Shown here piece after piece: positions 36,397-45,081 of a stretch of DNA of 64,000 nucleotides. The position numbers and the translations under genes were made by a program. Numbering within the stretch: position 1 is the first letter of the stretch; every line of letters starts with the position of its first letter. Below the pieces are notes generated by a model. It was not told the DNA's origin. It saw only the letters and a list, made by a program, of their open reading frames with translations, and ran no database searches. Location of the stretch: IMG/VR virus record IMGVR_UViG_3300010352_001565, positions 51,055-115,054 of that record; one strand, given 5' to 3'. This DNA is from a virus.

Positions 36397-36869
36397 AACA
36401 CCCCATCCGTTGCCGCCAAGACCTGATTCCAAAAGGGGCAGTTGGAAAGATTGTCTGCATTGACGACGAGCCGGAGCTCAAGGAGTGCTTTCCAAAGCTG
36501 CAGGCGTTTATTGGAGGAGCTTACTTGGCCGTGAAGTTCGAGGGATTTTGCGCCATGCTCATCCACCCGAGCGAGGTCGCCGTCCAGCACCAAAACACCC
36601 CGTGCGGAGAGGTCAGCCTTGGAGAATCGAAGGTCTGCAGCACCACCCCTCGCCTGAGAGACTGCGTCTGTGGAAACTCGATGCACATCGATCTTGACGC
36701 CACTCATGCCTCTTCAGGACGCGAGTCTTTCCTCTACGTTCTGTGCCCAAACTGCGGCAAGACCGGGACGAAAGGCAAGACAATTTTCGAAGCCGTCCAT
36801 CTCTGGAATGACGAGATTGAAGGCCTCGCCGTGCTGGCCTCTCAGCACATCACTAAAACCACCACATAA
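36369..36869 (+). CDS. protein with C-terminal Lar-like restriction-alleviation zinc domain (second copy)
   Basis: CVCGNSMHIDL...LCPNCGKTGTKGKTIFEAVHLWNDEIE. ATG at 36369 inside track ORF 36318. Confidence 0.55.
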   Translation: MNTPKIVVAKHPIRCRQDLIPKGAVGKIVCIDDEPELKECFPKLQAFIGGAYLAVKFEGFCAMLIHPSEVAVQHQNTPCGEVSLGESKVCSTTPRLRDCVCGNSMHIDLDATHASSGRESFLYVLCPNCGKTGTKGKTIFEAVHLWNDEIEGLAVLASQHITKTTT

Positions 36870-36885
36870 CCCCAAAGGACAAAGT

Positions 36886-37191
36886 ATGGCAAATGAAACC
36901 CTGATCGCTCAAGTCAAGGCGATCATAAAAGCAACCCTGGAGACTGAAGAAGCCGCACTGCGCAAGCAGATGAACGAGCTTGCAGAGCAGCGCAAATACA
37001 GCGAAATCGTCTTTGACAAGGAGCACAACATCGCGGGCGAAAGCCTCCGCAACGGCTTGAACAGCCGCTGGCTCAACGTGCTGCGCATGCTCTCGGTCGG
37101 TGACTTCTCGATCACCTGGATCGAGCGCGAGCTTCGCGGGGACATGACTACCCTGCGTAAGATCCACGTCGCATTAGGGGACAAGGTGTGA
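36886..37191 (+). CDS. hypothetical protein
   Basis: ATG at 36886 with AAAGGA at -9. Confidence 0.55.
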   Translation: MANETLIAQVKAIIKATLETEEAALRKQMNELAEQRKYSEIVFDKEHNIAGESLRNGLNSRWLNVLRMLSVGDFSITWIERELRGDMTTLRKIHVALGDKV

Positions 37192-37382
37192 GAAGACCGA
37201 AACCAGATCGCCGTCTCCCGTCAGCTTACGCGAAGATCAAGCTTGACCCGTATCCGAACCACTCTAAGGAATGCTGCATTCGACAGAAGCCACACGGCAG
37301 ATGCGACTGCGTCTGGGACTTCCTTTCGAAGATAGAGGCCGAAAGCCAGAAAATCTACGCGAGGACGGTAGTAAGAAAGTGA
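37188..37382 (+). CDS. small Cys-containing hypothetical protein
   Basis: GTG start overlapping the upstream stop. Confidence 0.4.
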   Translation: MRRPKPDRRLPSAYAKIKLDPYPNHSKECCIRQKPHGRCDCVWDFLSKIEAESQKIYARTVVRK

Positions 37383-37546
37383 AATACAAGCGTCAGTACA
37401 AGGTTGAGTTTAGAGACCGTAAGACGAACCAGCTCACGCACGAGGTGTTCGACGGCTTCGAAGAGTTCGACGCGTACATGGACGCTCACGAGCACGAGGT
37501 CGAGGTTGCCAGCATCGATGTGAGCAACGTGCCTGACTTCAGCTAA
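37379..37546 (+). CDS. small acidic hypothetical protein
   Basis: GTG at 37379. MKYKRQYKVEFRDRK... Confidence 0.4.
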   Translation: MKYKRQYKVEFRDRKTNQLTHEVFDGFEEFDAYMDAHEHEVEVASIDVSNVPDFS

Positions 37547-37845
37547 CCAGTTAACCCCTACCGCGTTTCCACAGTTAATTGGCTCTATAACCAGTTAAGA
37601 ATCATGCCGGTAGCCGCGAAAGCGGTAGCAAACTCACCCGTGCTGTCCTCGCCGCTCACCCAGGATCATTTCAGGCATGCCAGAAGCCCAGCGAACATAT
37701 GAAGATACTCCCTGCAGCACAAAATGTCCTTAAGGGCATTTTAGGGGCCTCATTTCCTACCGGTTTCCTACCGGCTTAAGCTTTGACTTCCCCATCCCTA
37801 CCGGTTTTTAGCCCAAGTCAAGGAAAAACGTTTCTACCCACCACT
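37547..37845. promoter_or_regulatory. 300-bp noncoding region with iteron-like direct repeats (candidate origin or regulatory hub)
   Basis: CCTACCGGYTT at 37756, 37767 and 37797, with a related CCTACCGCGTTT at ~37561. CAGTTAA x3 (37548, 37574, 37594). Near-palindrome AAAATGTCCTTAAGGGCATTTT (~37719-37740). TTGACT at 37783. Confidence 0.5.
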
Positions 37846-38439
37846 ATGGACACTCCAAAATTCATCAGGACCGAACTCCTCCAGCTCTCGCCCAAGGCCA
37901 AGGCCTTGCACATCTACGTCGAAGGCGAGGTCGATCTCAACCAGTTCCTCAAATACGCTGACGAGGTCTACCACAACTTTGGCAAGGACGGCGTCATGCA
38001 GGTCTCGGTCTGGGTCACCGGCGGCGTCACGGCCTTCATCGACCAGCGCGACATGGGCTATTGGCTGATCGGGCTTACCACCATGAACACCCTGCTCGCC
38101 CAGGAGACCGCCCGCGTCCTCAAGCTCCCGAACCTGGCAGTCGAGAGCGACCTAGTCGGCCACAACATCATCCGCTCCCAGAGAGACCGCGACATCTTGC
38201 AAGTCCTGGCTACCGCCCGACCCCCGAACTTCGAGCAGATCATCAAAGAGGAATGCGACCGCTTCTACAAGGGCATGATCAAGGCACCCGCCCACTGCCC
38301 GACCTGCAAGCTCCAGTTCACCAACCCGACCACGGGCCTGGTTCAAGCCACCTGCCACCAGTGCAACAAGCCCCTCGTCGCCGGACCCCCTCTGGCACAG
38401 CCCAGGAGCTCCCCGAAGACCACGTCCCTACGACGCTAG
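37846..38439 (+). CDS. hypothetical protein with C-terminal zinc-ribbon (CPTC...CHQC); possibly continues by -1 frameshift to 38765
   Basis: ATG at 37846. After a CCCCC run (~38385) the -1 frame continues as natural-looking Pro/Thr-rich sequence ending in CPMCGRTWCECG. Confidence 0.5.
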   Translation: MDTPKFIRTELLQLSPKAKALHIYVEGEVDLNQFLKYADEVYHNFGKDGVMQVSVWVTGGVTAFIDQRDMGYWLIGLTTMNTLLAQETARVLKLPNLAVESDLVGHNIIRSQRDRDILQVLATARPPNFEQIIKEECDRFYKGMIKAPAHCPTCKLQFTNPTTGLVQATCHQCNKPLVAGPPLAQPRSSPKTTSLRR

Positions 38440-38779
38440 ACGAAGCTCCCCAGAGCCCTTCAGAGCCCCTCCTGACCAAAGTCATCCTCCCTACGCCCCT
38501 TGACCACGTCGTCACAAGCATCCTGACAGCCCCAGAGGCACCCGTCACCCAAGCCCCTGTGGAACCTAGCCCTGCCCTCTCTGTCATCCCTGACTCATGC
38601 CTGGGCTTCAAGGAAACGCCCCCTACGCAGAAAGGCTTCGGCATGGACATCTTCGAGATCGGCAACCGAGGCCCCAAGGAAACAGGCTCTAACGACTACC
38701 CGGTCTGCCCCATGTGCGGCAGAACCTGGTGTGAGTGCGGCAAGGGCCCTGAACACCGGCCCTAACCATAAGAAACCCT

Positions 38780-38971
38780 ATGAGAACCTCTACCTGCCGC
38801 ATCTGCGGCGTAACCTTCAATAAGAAGACCCGCAAGTACCGTGGCGCCCGTAGCAACGCCTGCGACGCCCATAACAGATACTTCACCCTCCCTAAGGGCC
38901 TGTTCGAGGAGATCGCAGGCCACTACGATGCCTCCGTAAGGCCCTCAGAGGCTGCAGAGATGGTGGGATGA
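38780..38971 (+). CDS. small zinc-finger-like protein
   Basis: CRICG...CDAH. Confidence 0.4.
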   Translation: MRTSTCRICGVTFNKKTRKYRGARSNACDAHNRYFTLPKGLFEEIAGHYDASVRPSEAAEMVG

Positions 38972-39166
38972 TAGTGGACGAAGAGCTCTATTGCCACGCC
39001 ATAGCAGTCCCTGAATCCATCTACATTGACTTCAATGCGTATGACGTCTGCCTAGACGGGAAGAGGGTGCGCATCATGCGGCCTAAGAGCACCTGGGACT
39101 GATTAACGGACTGACATGCCGTTCTCTACGCGAAAGCGGTCCAACATCTAAATCGTAGACAAATTT

Positions 39167-42100
39167 ATGCCTGAAAATTTTGCTGAGCCCATCGGAGCGG
39201 CTGCTAATGAGAGTCAAGTCGCTGACAGTCAAGCACTTACGACGCGAGCCCAGGTACGCGAAAACCCCCTGCTTCGGCGACCCGCGCGAGCCCGTAGACA
39301 AGCCGGAGCCCCCGAGCCCGCGCCCTCGGTTGACGCAACGCCCACGATCCCGGGAACCCTTGAGGGCGCTGTGGAAGCCCGGGTAGCCAGTCCTGGCGAG
39401 CTCGTCCCGCCCATCCGAGCCCCGTTCAGACGCGCAGATTCAGCGAGGGTGCGGTCGTCGTACCGTGAGGTCTCGGACGCGGTTCGCGAGACATCGAACC
39501 GTTTGCAGGCCACCATGGCATCCGCGCCAGCTCCAGCGACCCCAGAATGGCCCCACGATGACATGGGCGACATTGACGAGGCTCCTGCTCAAGTCTCTGA
39601 GCGCCCCAGCTCTGATCGTCCCAGACCGCATCCTAGCGTGCTCGAGCCTCCCTCTCGAGCTCTAGACAACGCGCGGGTTGGCCAGGTTCAGGCCCCGTTC
39701 GACGAGACCATGGTCAATACGAACGACCCGACGCCTACCCCAGTGGTGAACGTGCGGGTTGAGCGCAGCCAGGTAGTGGAGCGCCCGCGCCGACTCGATG
39801 GAACGTGGACAGCTGAAGCTGAAACGACTCTGGCTACACACGCGCCACCCCAGCCCGTCCTGAGCGAGCAGGTCATAGCGCAGATGCGCGAGCTGTCTAA
39901 CCAGGTTCAACGGGTGCACGAGGTGGTGAACCCGGAGACGGGAGAGACCATGCGCCTTCCTGCTGCGACTATTGGACCAGGTGAGATCGCGAACCGAATC
40001 CAGCTGGTGAACGACATGATGGCAGCTTCCGCGGATGCAGTGACACGGCGAAACAACATCGTTGAAACAATCGGACGAACGATCAGGCGGATGCGCGAGT
40101 CCAGGAACCAGCTCGCCCAGGTTAGCCACAACCAGCCCACTAGCCATAGACGAGATGAGGCAACGAACGCGGTCAGGGTATGCGACCAGCTCTTGAGCGC
40201 GTTCGACGAGGTGAGACCGACGATCAACAACGTATCCGACGTAAGCGACCGGCTGCTTATGGACTTCCAGGCAGCGTGCGAAGGCCAGACCGAGAACATG
40301 GACAGGATGCGCGATCAGTTTGACGCAATAACTGCTGCGGGTGCTGCGTTTAACTTTGACCCGCAGGCTCAGGCTCGGCGCCGCTCAGGGGCCTCTCCCA
40401 CGCCCACCAATGAAGACCAGGTAGTCATCAACACAAACCTGTTGAGGCAGCTACGCGAGACCGTGAGCGCAGCGAGGACCATCCGCTCTTCGAACGTCAT
40501 CACCCCTGAGCAGTGGAACCAATACGAAAACACTCTGAACGAGGCCGCAACCATCCTGTCAGCGAACAACGTCAACAGTCCTATCACCGCGATGGACGCT
40601 TTGACGAGCTACGCAGAGGCGATCAGAAGGGTTGACCACACCCTGGCAGCCCTGAACAGTCAGATAATGCACACTCGCTACGGGGCTCCACAGTCACAGT
40701 CACAGTCACAAGAGACGCCTCCTATTCCTACCCCGATGCCACCCGTCGCTCCAATGAGCGAGCCACCTGGCGTAGTCCACTACCTGGACCGCATCACTCC
40801 TGGCGAACCTCAGTTACGAATTTCTGGATCACCACGCACCGTCCGAAGCAACTTGTCTCTGGGTGAGGCAGCCCGCCAGTTCGCTGCGAGCCAGGAGACC
40901 CAGCGAGGAATTGACCTTCTTACCGAGCAGCTGAACTCGTACAATGCTGGCCTGAGAACTTCAGCCGCTGAACGCACTCAGTCTTGCCAAGAGCTGTCCT
41001 CGCGCATTCGAGGCTACTACACTGAGATCGACACGATGAGCAGTCGACTGGTGGCGCTTATCGCAGAGCATGGCACCAACCAGCGCTTGAACCCCGACGT
41101 CCTATCTGCGATGGCGCGAGCTGAAGACGCACGGCGCATGCAGGCCATGGTAGAACAAGCCGTAGCAAGCCAATCTGATGTGGTCCTTGAGACGATACTC
41201 GACACCTGCAGCATTGCCGTATCGCGTCTAGGGACGGCCATTGGCATGCTAACCCAAGTCGAGGTTACGGAGGATCCCACTGCGCCCGTCACTGTCGAAT
41301 CAGTGCGTGCTGACATCCGCCGCTTGAGGGATTTAATCAACTCCAACAACGTGCTTCTGCCTCCTGCCGTTCTGCGCGAGGTGCTAGGAGCCAACCAGCG
41401 CGCTCAGACCATCTACAACGCGAACCCTGCAAACATTGGAGAGCTTATATCTGCGCGTGAAGGGTTGCAGAGAGCGCAGTCCATGATCCAGCATGTAATG
41501 ACCCCTGCGACGCCATCACCCACTGCTGCACCAGTTCCTCAAGCGCAACCTGAACCTCCTGCCACTCTCAGGAGCGCACCGAACCTCGTGGCTCAGCAAG
41601 CCACCGCGGACGCTGCTAACCAAGACTTCGTAGTCACTGCAGGCTACTCAAACTCGAACTCACTCACTATGGAAATCCCTGTCCCCACAACCACCACGGT
41701 TCACACAAGCGCTGGCGTGACTGGAACATCTGGCACTCCTGGCATTCGAGGCGTGCGCGGATCTAACCGAGCCGCTACTGATTACGACGAGGAAGCTACT
41801 GATTACGGCGAGGAAGCAGACGCGCCCGACACCAACCCGTATCAACCTGCGACCACCCTGCGCCAGGGCGATGTCTTCATCATCGTGGACACCGCCCAGG
41901 GATCTCCTAACCTGGAGACCAAGCAGCTGTGCGAGTGCGTCTCAACCTCCAGCTTTGGGATCCACTACAACGAGATCGGCCAGATGGGTGTGCCTACCCG
42001 GTCGCTGTCTCCCACACGGATGATCAGCAAGCTGCAAGTCACGAACCACTGGATGGTCACTCCCACATCTCAGCGCGACCTGCTCCACCGCATGTGGCAC

Positions 42101-42307
42101 ATCTACGCCACGGCCACCGAATATCCGCTCTCTGTGTCAATCATGCAGAGGGAGCCGTCTGATGCAAGCAGCCCAATCAGGTCTGAGGCTGTGCGTCCCT
42201 CGATCGCCGAGCGCATGGTCTATACCAGCAAGCGCGATCTCTCACTCGCTTTGAACGCGCTCCGCGTGTTCGACCGTACCGAATGTTTTACACGTTCTAA
42301 CCGCTAA
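39167..42307 (+). CDS. large (1046 aa) alpha-helical hypothetical protein (candidate internal virion/ejection or scaffold-like protein)
   Basis: Ala/Gln/Arg-rich. Internal repeats (AATDYDEEATDYGEEA and a QSQSQSQ microsatellite). No enzymatic motif seen. Confidence 0.7.
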   Translation: MPENFAEPIGAAANESQVADSQALTTRAQVRENPLLRRPARARRQAGAPEPAPSVDATPTIPGTLEGAVEARVASPGELVPPIRAPFRRADSARVRSSYREVSDAVRETSNRLQATMASAPAPATPEWPHDDMGDIDEAPAQVSERPSSDRPRPHPSVLEPPSRALDNARVGQVQAPFDETMVNTNDPTPTPVVNVRVERSQVVERPRRLDGTWTAEAETTLATHAPPQPVLSEQVIAQMRELSNQVQRVHEVVNPETGETMRLPAATIGPGEIANRIQLVNDMMAASADAVTRRNNIVETIGRTIRRMRESRNQLAQVSHNQPTSHRRDEATNAVRVCDQLLSAFDEVRPTINNVSDVSDRLLMDFQAACEGQTENMDRMRDQFDAITAAGAAFNFDPQAQARRRSGASPTPTNEDQVVINTNLLRQLRETVSAARTIRSSNVITPEQWNQYENTLNEAATILSANNVNSPITAMDALTSYAEAIRRVDHTLAALNSQIMHTRYGAPQSQSQSQETPPIPTPMPPVAPMSEPPGVVHYLDRITPGEPQLRISGSPRTVRSNLSLGEAARQFAASQETQRGIDLLTEQLNSYNAGLRTSAAERTQSCQELSSRIRGYYTEIDTMSSRLVALIAEHGTNQRLNPDVLSAMARAEDARRMQAMVEQAVASQSDVVLETILDTCSIAVSRLGTAIGMLTQVEVTEDPTAPVTVESVRADIRRLRDLINSNNVLLPPAVLREVLGANQRAQTIYNANPANIGELISAREGLQRAQSMIQHVMTPATPSPTAAPVPQAQPEPPATLRSAPNLVAQQATADAANQDFVVTAGYSNSNSLTMEIPVPTTTTVHTSAGVTGTSGTPGIRGVRGSNRAATDYDEEATDYGEEADAPDTNPYQPATTLRQGDVFIIVDTAQGSPNLETKQLCECVSTSSFGIHYNEIGQMGVPTRSLSPTRMISKLQVTNHWMVTPTSQRDLLHRMWHIYATATEYPLSVSIMQREPSDASSPIRSEAVRPSIAERMVYTSKRDLSLALNALRVFDRTECFTRSNR

Positions 42308-42320
42308 CAAATAAAAGCAT

Positions 42321-42554
42321 ATGCCAAACAAAGACAGATACCCGGACAACGTCCCTGGAAAGTTCTACACCGACAACAACTGCATTGACTGCGATCTCTG
42401 CCGCGAGGCAGCGCCCGCTCACTTCGACCGCAACGAGGAAGGATTCTCGTTCGTGAAGAAGCAGCCCACGACTCCTGAAGAGATGGCGGCCTGCGTCGAA
42501 GCGAAGGACGGTTGCCCGGTGGAAGCCATCATGGACGATGGCGACGACAAGTAA
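42321..42554 (+). CDS. bacterial-type [3Fe-4S]/[4Fe-4S] ferredoxin
   Basis: CIDCDLC...CPVEAI cluster-ligand motif. Acidic. 77 aa. Confidence 0.8.
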   Translation: MPNKDRYPDNVPGKFYTDNNCIDCDLCREAAPAHFDRNEEGFSFVKKQPTTPEEMAACVEAKDGCPVEAIMDDGDDK

Positions 42555-42588
42555 ACCGCAACACTCAACCCAAAGAAACAGAAAGAAA

Positions 42589-42765
42589 ATGCAACTCGTT
42601 GAATTCACCCTCACCAGCGGCGGAAAGATCGCCGTTAACCCCAGTCAAGTCGCCGCAGTCGAAGTGCTCGGTGACTGCTCCAGAATCGTAATGGAAGGCG
42701 GCGTAAAGTACGACGTCACCACGCCGTTTGAAGACGCCATCGACGAGATCAATGGCGCCCTGTGA
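42589..42765 (+). CDS. small hypothetical protein
   Basis: ATG at 42589 after a purine-rich AGAAAGAAA. Confidence 0.45.
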   Translation: MQLVEFTLTSGGKIAVNPSQVAAVEVLGDCSRIVMEGGVKYDVTTPFEDAIDEINGAL

Positions 42766-42965
42766 GCGACGAAGCTCCAATCCGTAACGGTGGTCTCTTG
42801 CTGCTGTCCACCCCGCAGCTCGAGATGATCAAGCCCGGTGCAAAGATTCCTGCAGAGGACGGCACCGAGGCCACCATCGAATCCGTTGACAAGCCGAGCT
42901 TCATCGTTCGGTTTGTCGACGGTCGAAGGACCAAGTACATGGCAATGGGGGTGGTAGGAAAATAG
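42762..42965 (+). CDS. small hypothetical protein
   Basis: GTG overlapping the upstream stop. Confidence 0.4.
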   Translation: MSDEAPIRNGGLLLLSTPQLEMIKPGAKIPAEDGTEATIESVDKPSFIVRFVDGRRTKYMAMGVVGK

Positions 42966-42969
42966 GAAT

Positions 42970-43332
42970 ATGAAAAAGAAGCTAGCACTAATCGGTATCG
43001 CAGGAGCGGTTGCTCTTGCGGCAGTCGCATCCACCAGCATTGAGCTGTACAGCCGGCAGGTATCATTCGCCTGGGACTATCCCACGAACGCCCCGGTCGC
43101 TGGGTTTCATCTCAACCTGTACACCAACGATCCTCAGGTGACGGCGTCGCTCCCGTCGATCATGGTCACCTCAACCAACCTGTCGGCCACGGCCACTAAC
43201 CTGGCGGTCGGCACGAAGTACTGGGCAGCAGTGACAGCATTCAGCGCTGAAGGCCTGGAGAGCCCGCCCTCGAACGTGATCACCTTCCAGGTCCCTGCTC
43301 AGCCCACGAACGTCCGCATCCTCGTGAGGTAG
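42970..43332 (+). CDS. secreted Fn3-like protein
   Basis: Signal peptide MKKKLALIGIAGAVALAAVA. AGGAA Shine-Dalgarno. Fn3-like WDYP...GFHL. Confidence 0.6.
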   Translation: MKKKLALIGIAGAVALAAVASTSIELYSRQVSFAWDYPTNAPVAGFHLNLYTNDPQVTASLPSIMVTSTNLSATATNLAVGTKYWAAVTAFSAEGLESPPSNVITFQVPAQPTNVRILVR

Positions 43333-43333
43333 T

Positions 43334-43585
43334 ATGACCAAGACCATCTGCGACATCTGCGAGGAAGAGACAACGCATCCGTTCCGCGTCGAGGTGCTTG
43401 ACGGCGAGCACCCGCACAACGGATCTACCATGACCAAAGACATCGACGTCTGCGATGACTGCATCAGGCGGCTGAAGCTAAGGTGCAACGTGGAGTTTGA
43501 CGAGCTTCGCCAGAGCCACCAGGAGCGCGAGCTAGTCAGGAACACCATCAAGTCCTCAACCGCCCCAAAACGGAAGCGCAAGTAG
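43334..43585 (+). CDS. zinc-ribbon protein
   Basis: CDICEE...CDDC. Confidence 0.5.
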   Translation: MTKTICDICEEETTHPFRVEVLDGEHPHNGSTMTKDIDVCDDCIRRLKLRCNVEFDELRQSHQERELVRNTIKSSTAPKRKRK

Positions 43586-43586
43586 C

Positions 43587-43934
43587 ATGAGCAACCAACC
43601 TGTACCAGGCCCTGGCTTCCCGAACGGATGGGGTCACCACACAAACACACCAGAGCGCCGCACCCTGACCTGCGTCTATTGCGGTCAGGAATATCCCAGT
43701 GGCACTCCATCGTGTGGAGCAGACGTGAAGGTACTGACTGACCACATCAAGGTCTGCGAGAAGCACCCGATGCGCAAGCTCCAAGCGGACTATGACGCAG
43801 TCCGGAATGCGTTCGCGAAGTTCGTCGAGGATTATGGTAAAGAAAACCTTCAAAAACTTCTTGTGAAGGCGACTACCGAGAAATGGGACGAGGACCGCAT
43901 TGAAGCGATCAAAGTTCTGATCTCTATCTCGTAG
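43587..43934 (+). CDS. hypothetical protein
   Basis: 115-aa ORF. Confidence 0.5.
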   Translation: MSNQPVPGPGFPNGWGHHTNTPERRTLTCVYCGQEYPSGTPSCGADVKVLTDHIKVCEKHPMRKLQADYDAVRNAFAKFVEDYGKENLQKLLVKATTEKWDEDRIEAIKVLISIS

Positions 43935-43941
43935 TTAGCGC

Positions 43942-44592
43942 ATGGCCAAATACATTGCCGATCCGCAAGCAGCTCCTGACGACGAGACACCCGATGTGCT
44001 AAGCGCTGACGGGTCGGTACGTTTCCCCTTCTCACCTCACCCCACCATGCAGAAGGCTGAGGTGCGCTACGCGGGAATCACTACCACGGTCAAAGTTCCT
44101 AAAGAGGTCGCGGAGCAGATCTACGACGCCATAAGCAGCGATGAGGCTGCGCGCGTCCTAGATCAGTGGGTCAAGACAGTCAAGCAGGGTTACCCCTTCA
44201 ACGACCGTCCTAACCGCACCTTCGCGACCAATCCCCCGTCCGCTCGCCCTCGCCGCCCCCGCTACGAGTCCAAGTCTAGCAAGCTCATTGAGAAGCTTAT
44301 TACTGAAGGCAGCAGCGACTGGATCTGCGCTCTTCCCAAGGCCAAGTTCCCCGACGCTGCGAGCCTCCAGAAGTGGTACCGCACCAGCGTGGAGCAAGCC
44401 AGAGCTGAGAGCGGCAACGACTCCTACAACGGCACCATCAGCACGACGCGTGGCATCCAGGTCACCAGCCTGGAGTTCCCTGGCAGACGCACCGCTGAGG
44501 AGTGGCTGCTGGCCAATACCCAGAAGTGGGGACCGCTCAAGGTCGTTACGGTCGGCGCCAATTGGATCGTGGGTGGCTGGGTAGCTTGTTAA
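43942..44592 (+). CDS. hypothetical protein
   Basis: Its stop codon lies within an 18-bp tandem duplication. Confidence 0.55.
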   Translation: MAKYIADPQAAPDDETPDVLSADGSVRFPFSPHPTMQKAEVRYAGITTTVKVPKEVAEQIYDAISSDEAARVLDQWVKTVKQGYPFNDRPNRTFATNPPSARPRRPRYESKSSKLIEKLITEGSSDWICALPKAKFPDAASLQKWYRTSVEQARAESGNDSYNGTISTTRGIQVTSLEFPGRRTAEEWLLANTQKWGPLKVVTVGANWIVGGWVAC

Positions 44593-44613
44593 CACTGGGT
44601 AGCTTGTTAACAA
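44578..44613 (+). repeat. perfect 18-bp tandem duplication CTGGGTAGCTTGTTAACA x2
   Basis: Copies at 44578-44595 and 44596-44613. Contains the GTTAAC palindrome. Confidence 0.8.
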
Positions 44614-44653
44614 TACTTTGCCCGTTCGCGCGCCACGCGCTGTTCTATCAGCC

Positions 44654-45078
44654 ATGGCTACTAAAGGCAAGCACAACCCTGTATTCACTACTCCAACCCA
44701 GGAGTTCGTAAAAGCGTTCCTCCTCGCTTCACCCACCTGCAAGGCTAATCGCCACGAATGCGCCTGCGGCAAAATCTGGTTCGACGACTCGGATCTCGAA
44801 AACTGGACCTGGGAGGCTGGCGAACGCGAAGGCTCCGTGAACGAGCCACCGCCACTCCCAACCAGGTCGGCTCTCAAGACCGCGCCATCGAATACATCAC
44901 CTTCTACGACCGCGACATTGTGGTGGGCTGCGCCTGCCAGTACGGCGATCACCTGGCTGAATTCGAGAAGATGGTCCTCCGCTACGGCAAGGCCATTGCA
45001 AACTACCTGAACGGCGTCTCGGCGCGTGCCGCCCAAACCGCCATTGACCTGAACATCGAATCATCCAACCTGAGGTAA
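44654..45078 (+). CDS. hypothetical protein, apparently frameshifted (frame switch between ~44840 and 44880; ORFs 44618..45010 and 44758..45078)
   Basis: ATG at 44654 (MATKGKHNPV). The first frame reads plausibly to ...VNEPPPLPT and then turns to junk. The second frame reads plausibly from ...NQVGSQDRAIEYITFYDRDIVVGCACQYGDH. Confidence 0.4.
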
Positions 45079-45081
45079 TCT

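Noticed and set aside
38061-38765. 234-aa ORF overlapping gene 37846..38439 in another frame
   Set aside because: Its N-terminal two-thirds is Pro/Arg-rich alternative-frame sequence. Only the C-terminal part (after ~38390) looks genuine, and that is better explained as a frameshift continuation of 37846.
44158-45036. 292-aa minus-strand ORF
   Set aside because: Antisense to + genes and Arg/Ala/Gly-rich low complexity. Typical GC-rich antisense artifact.
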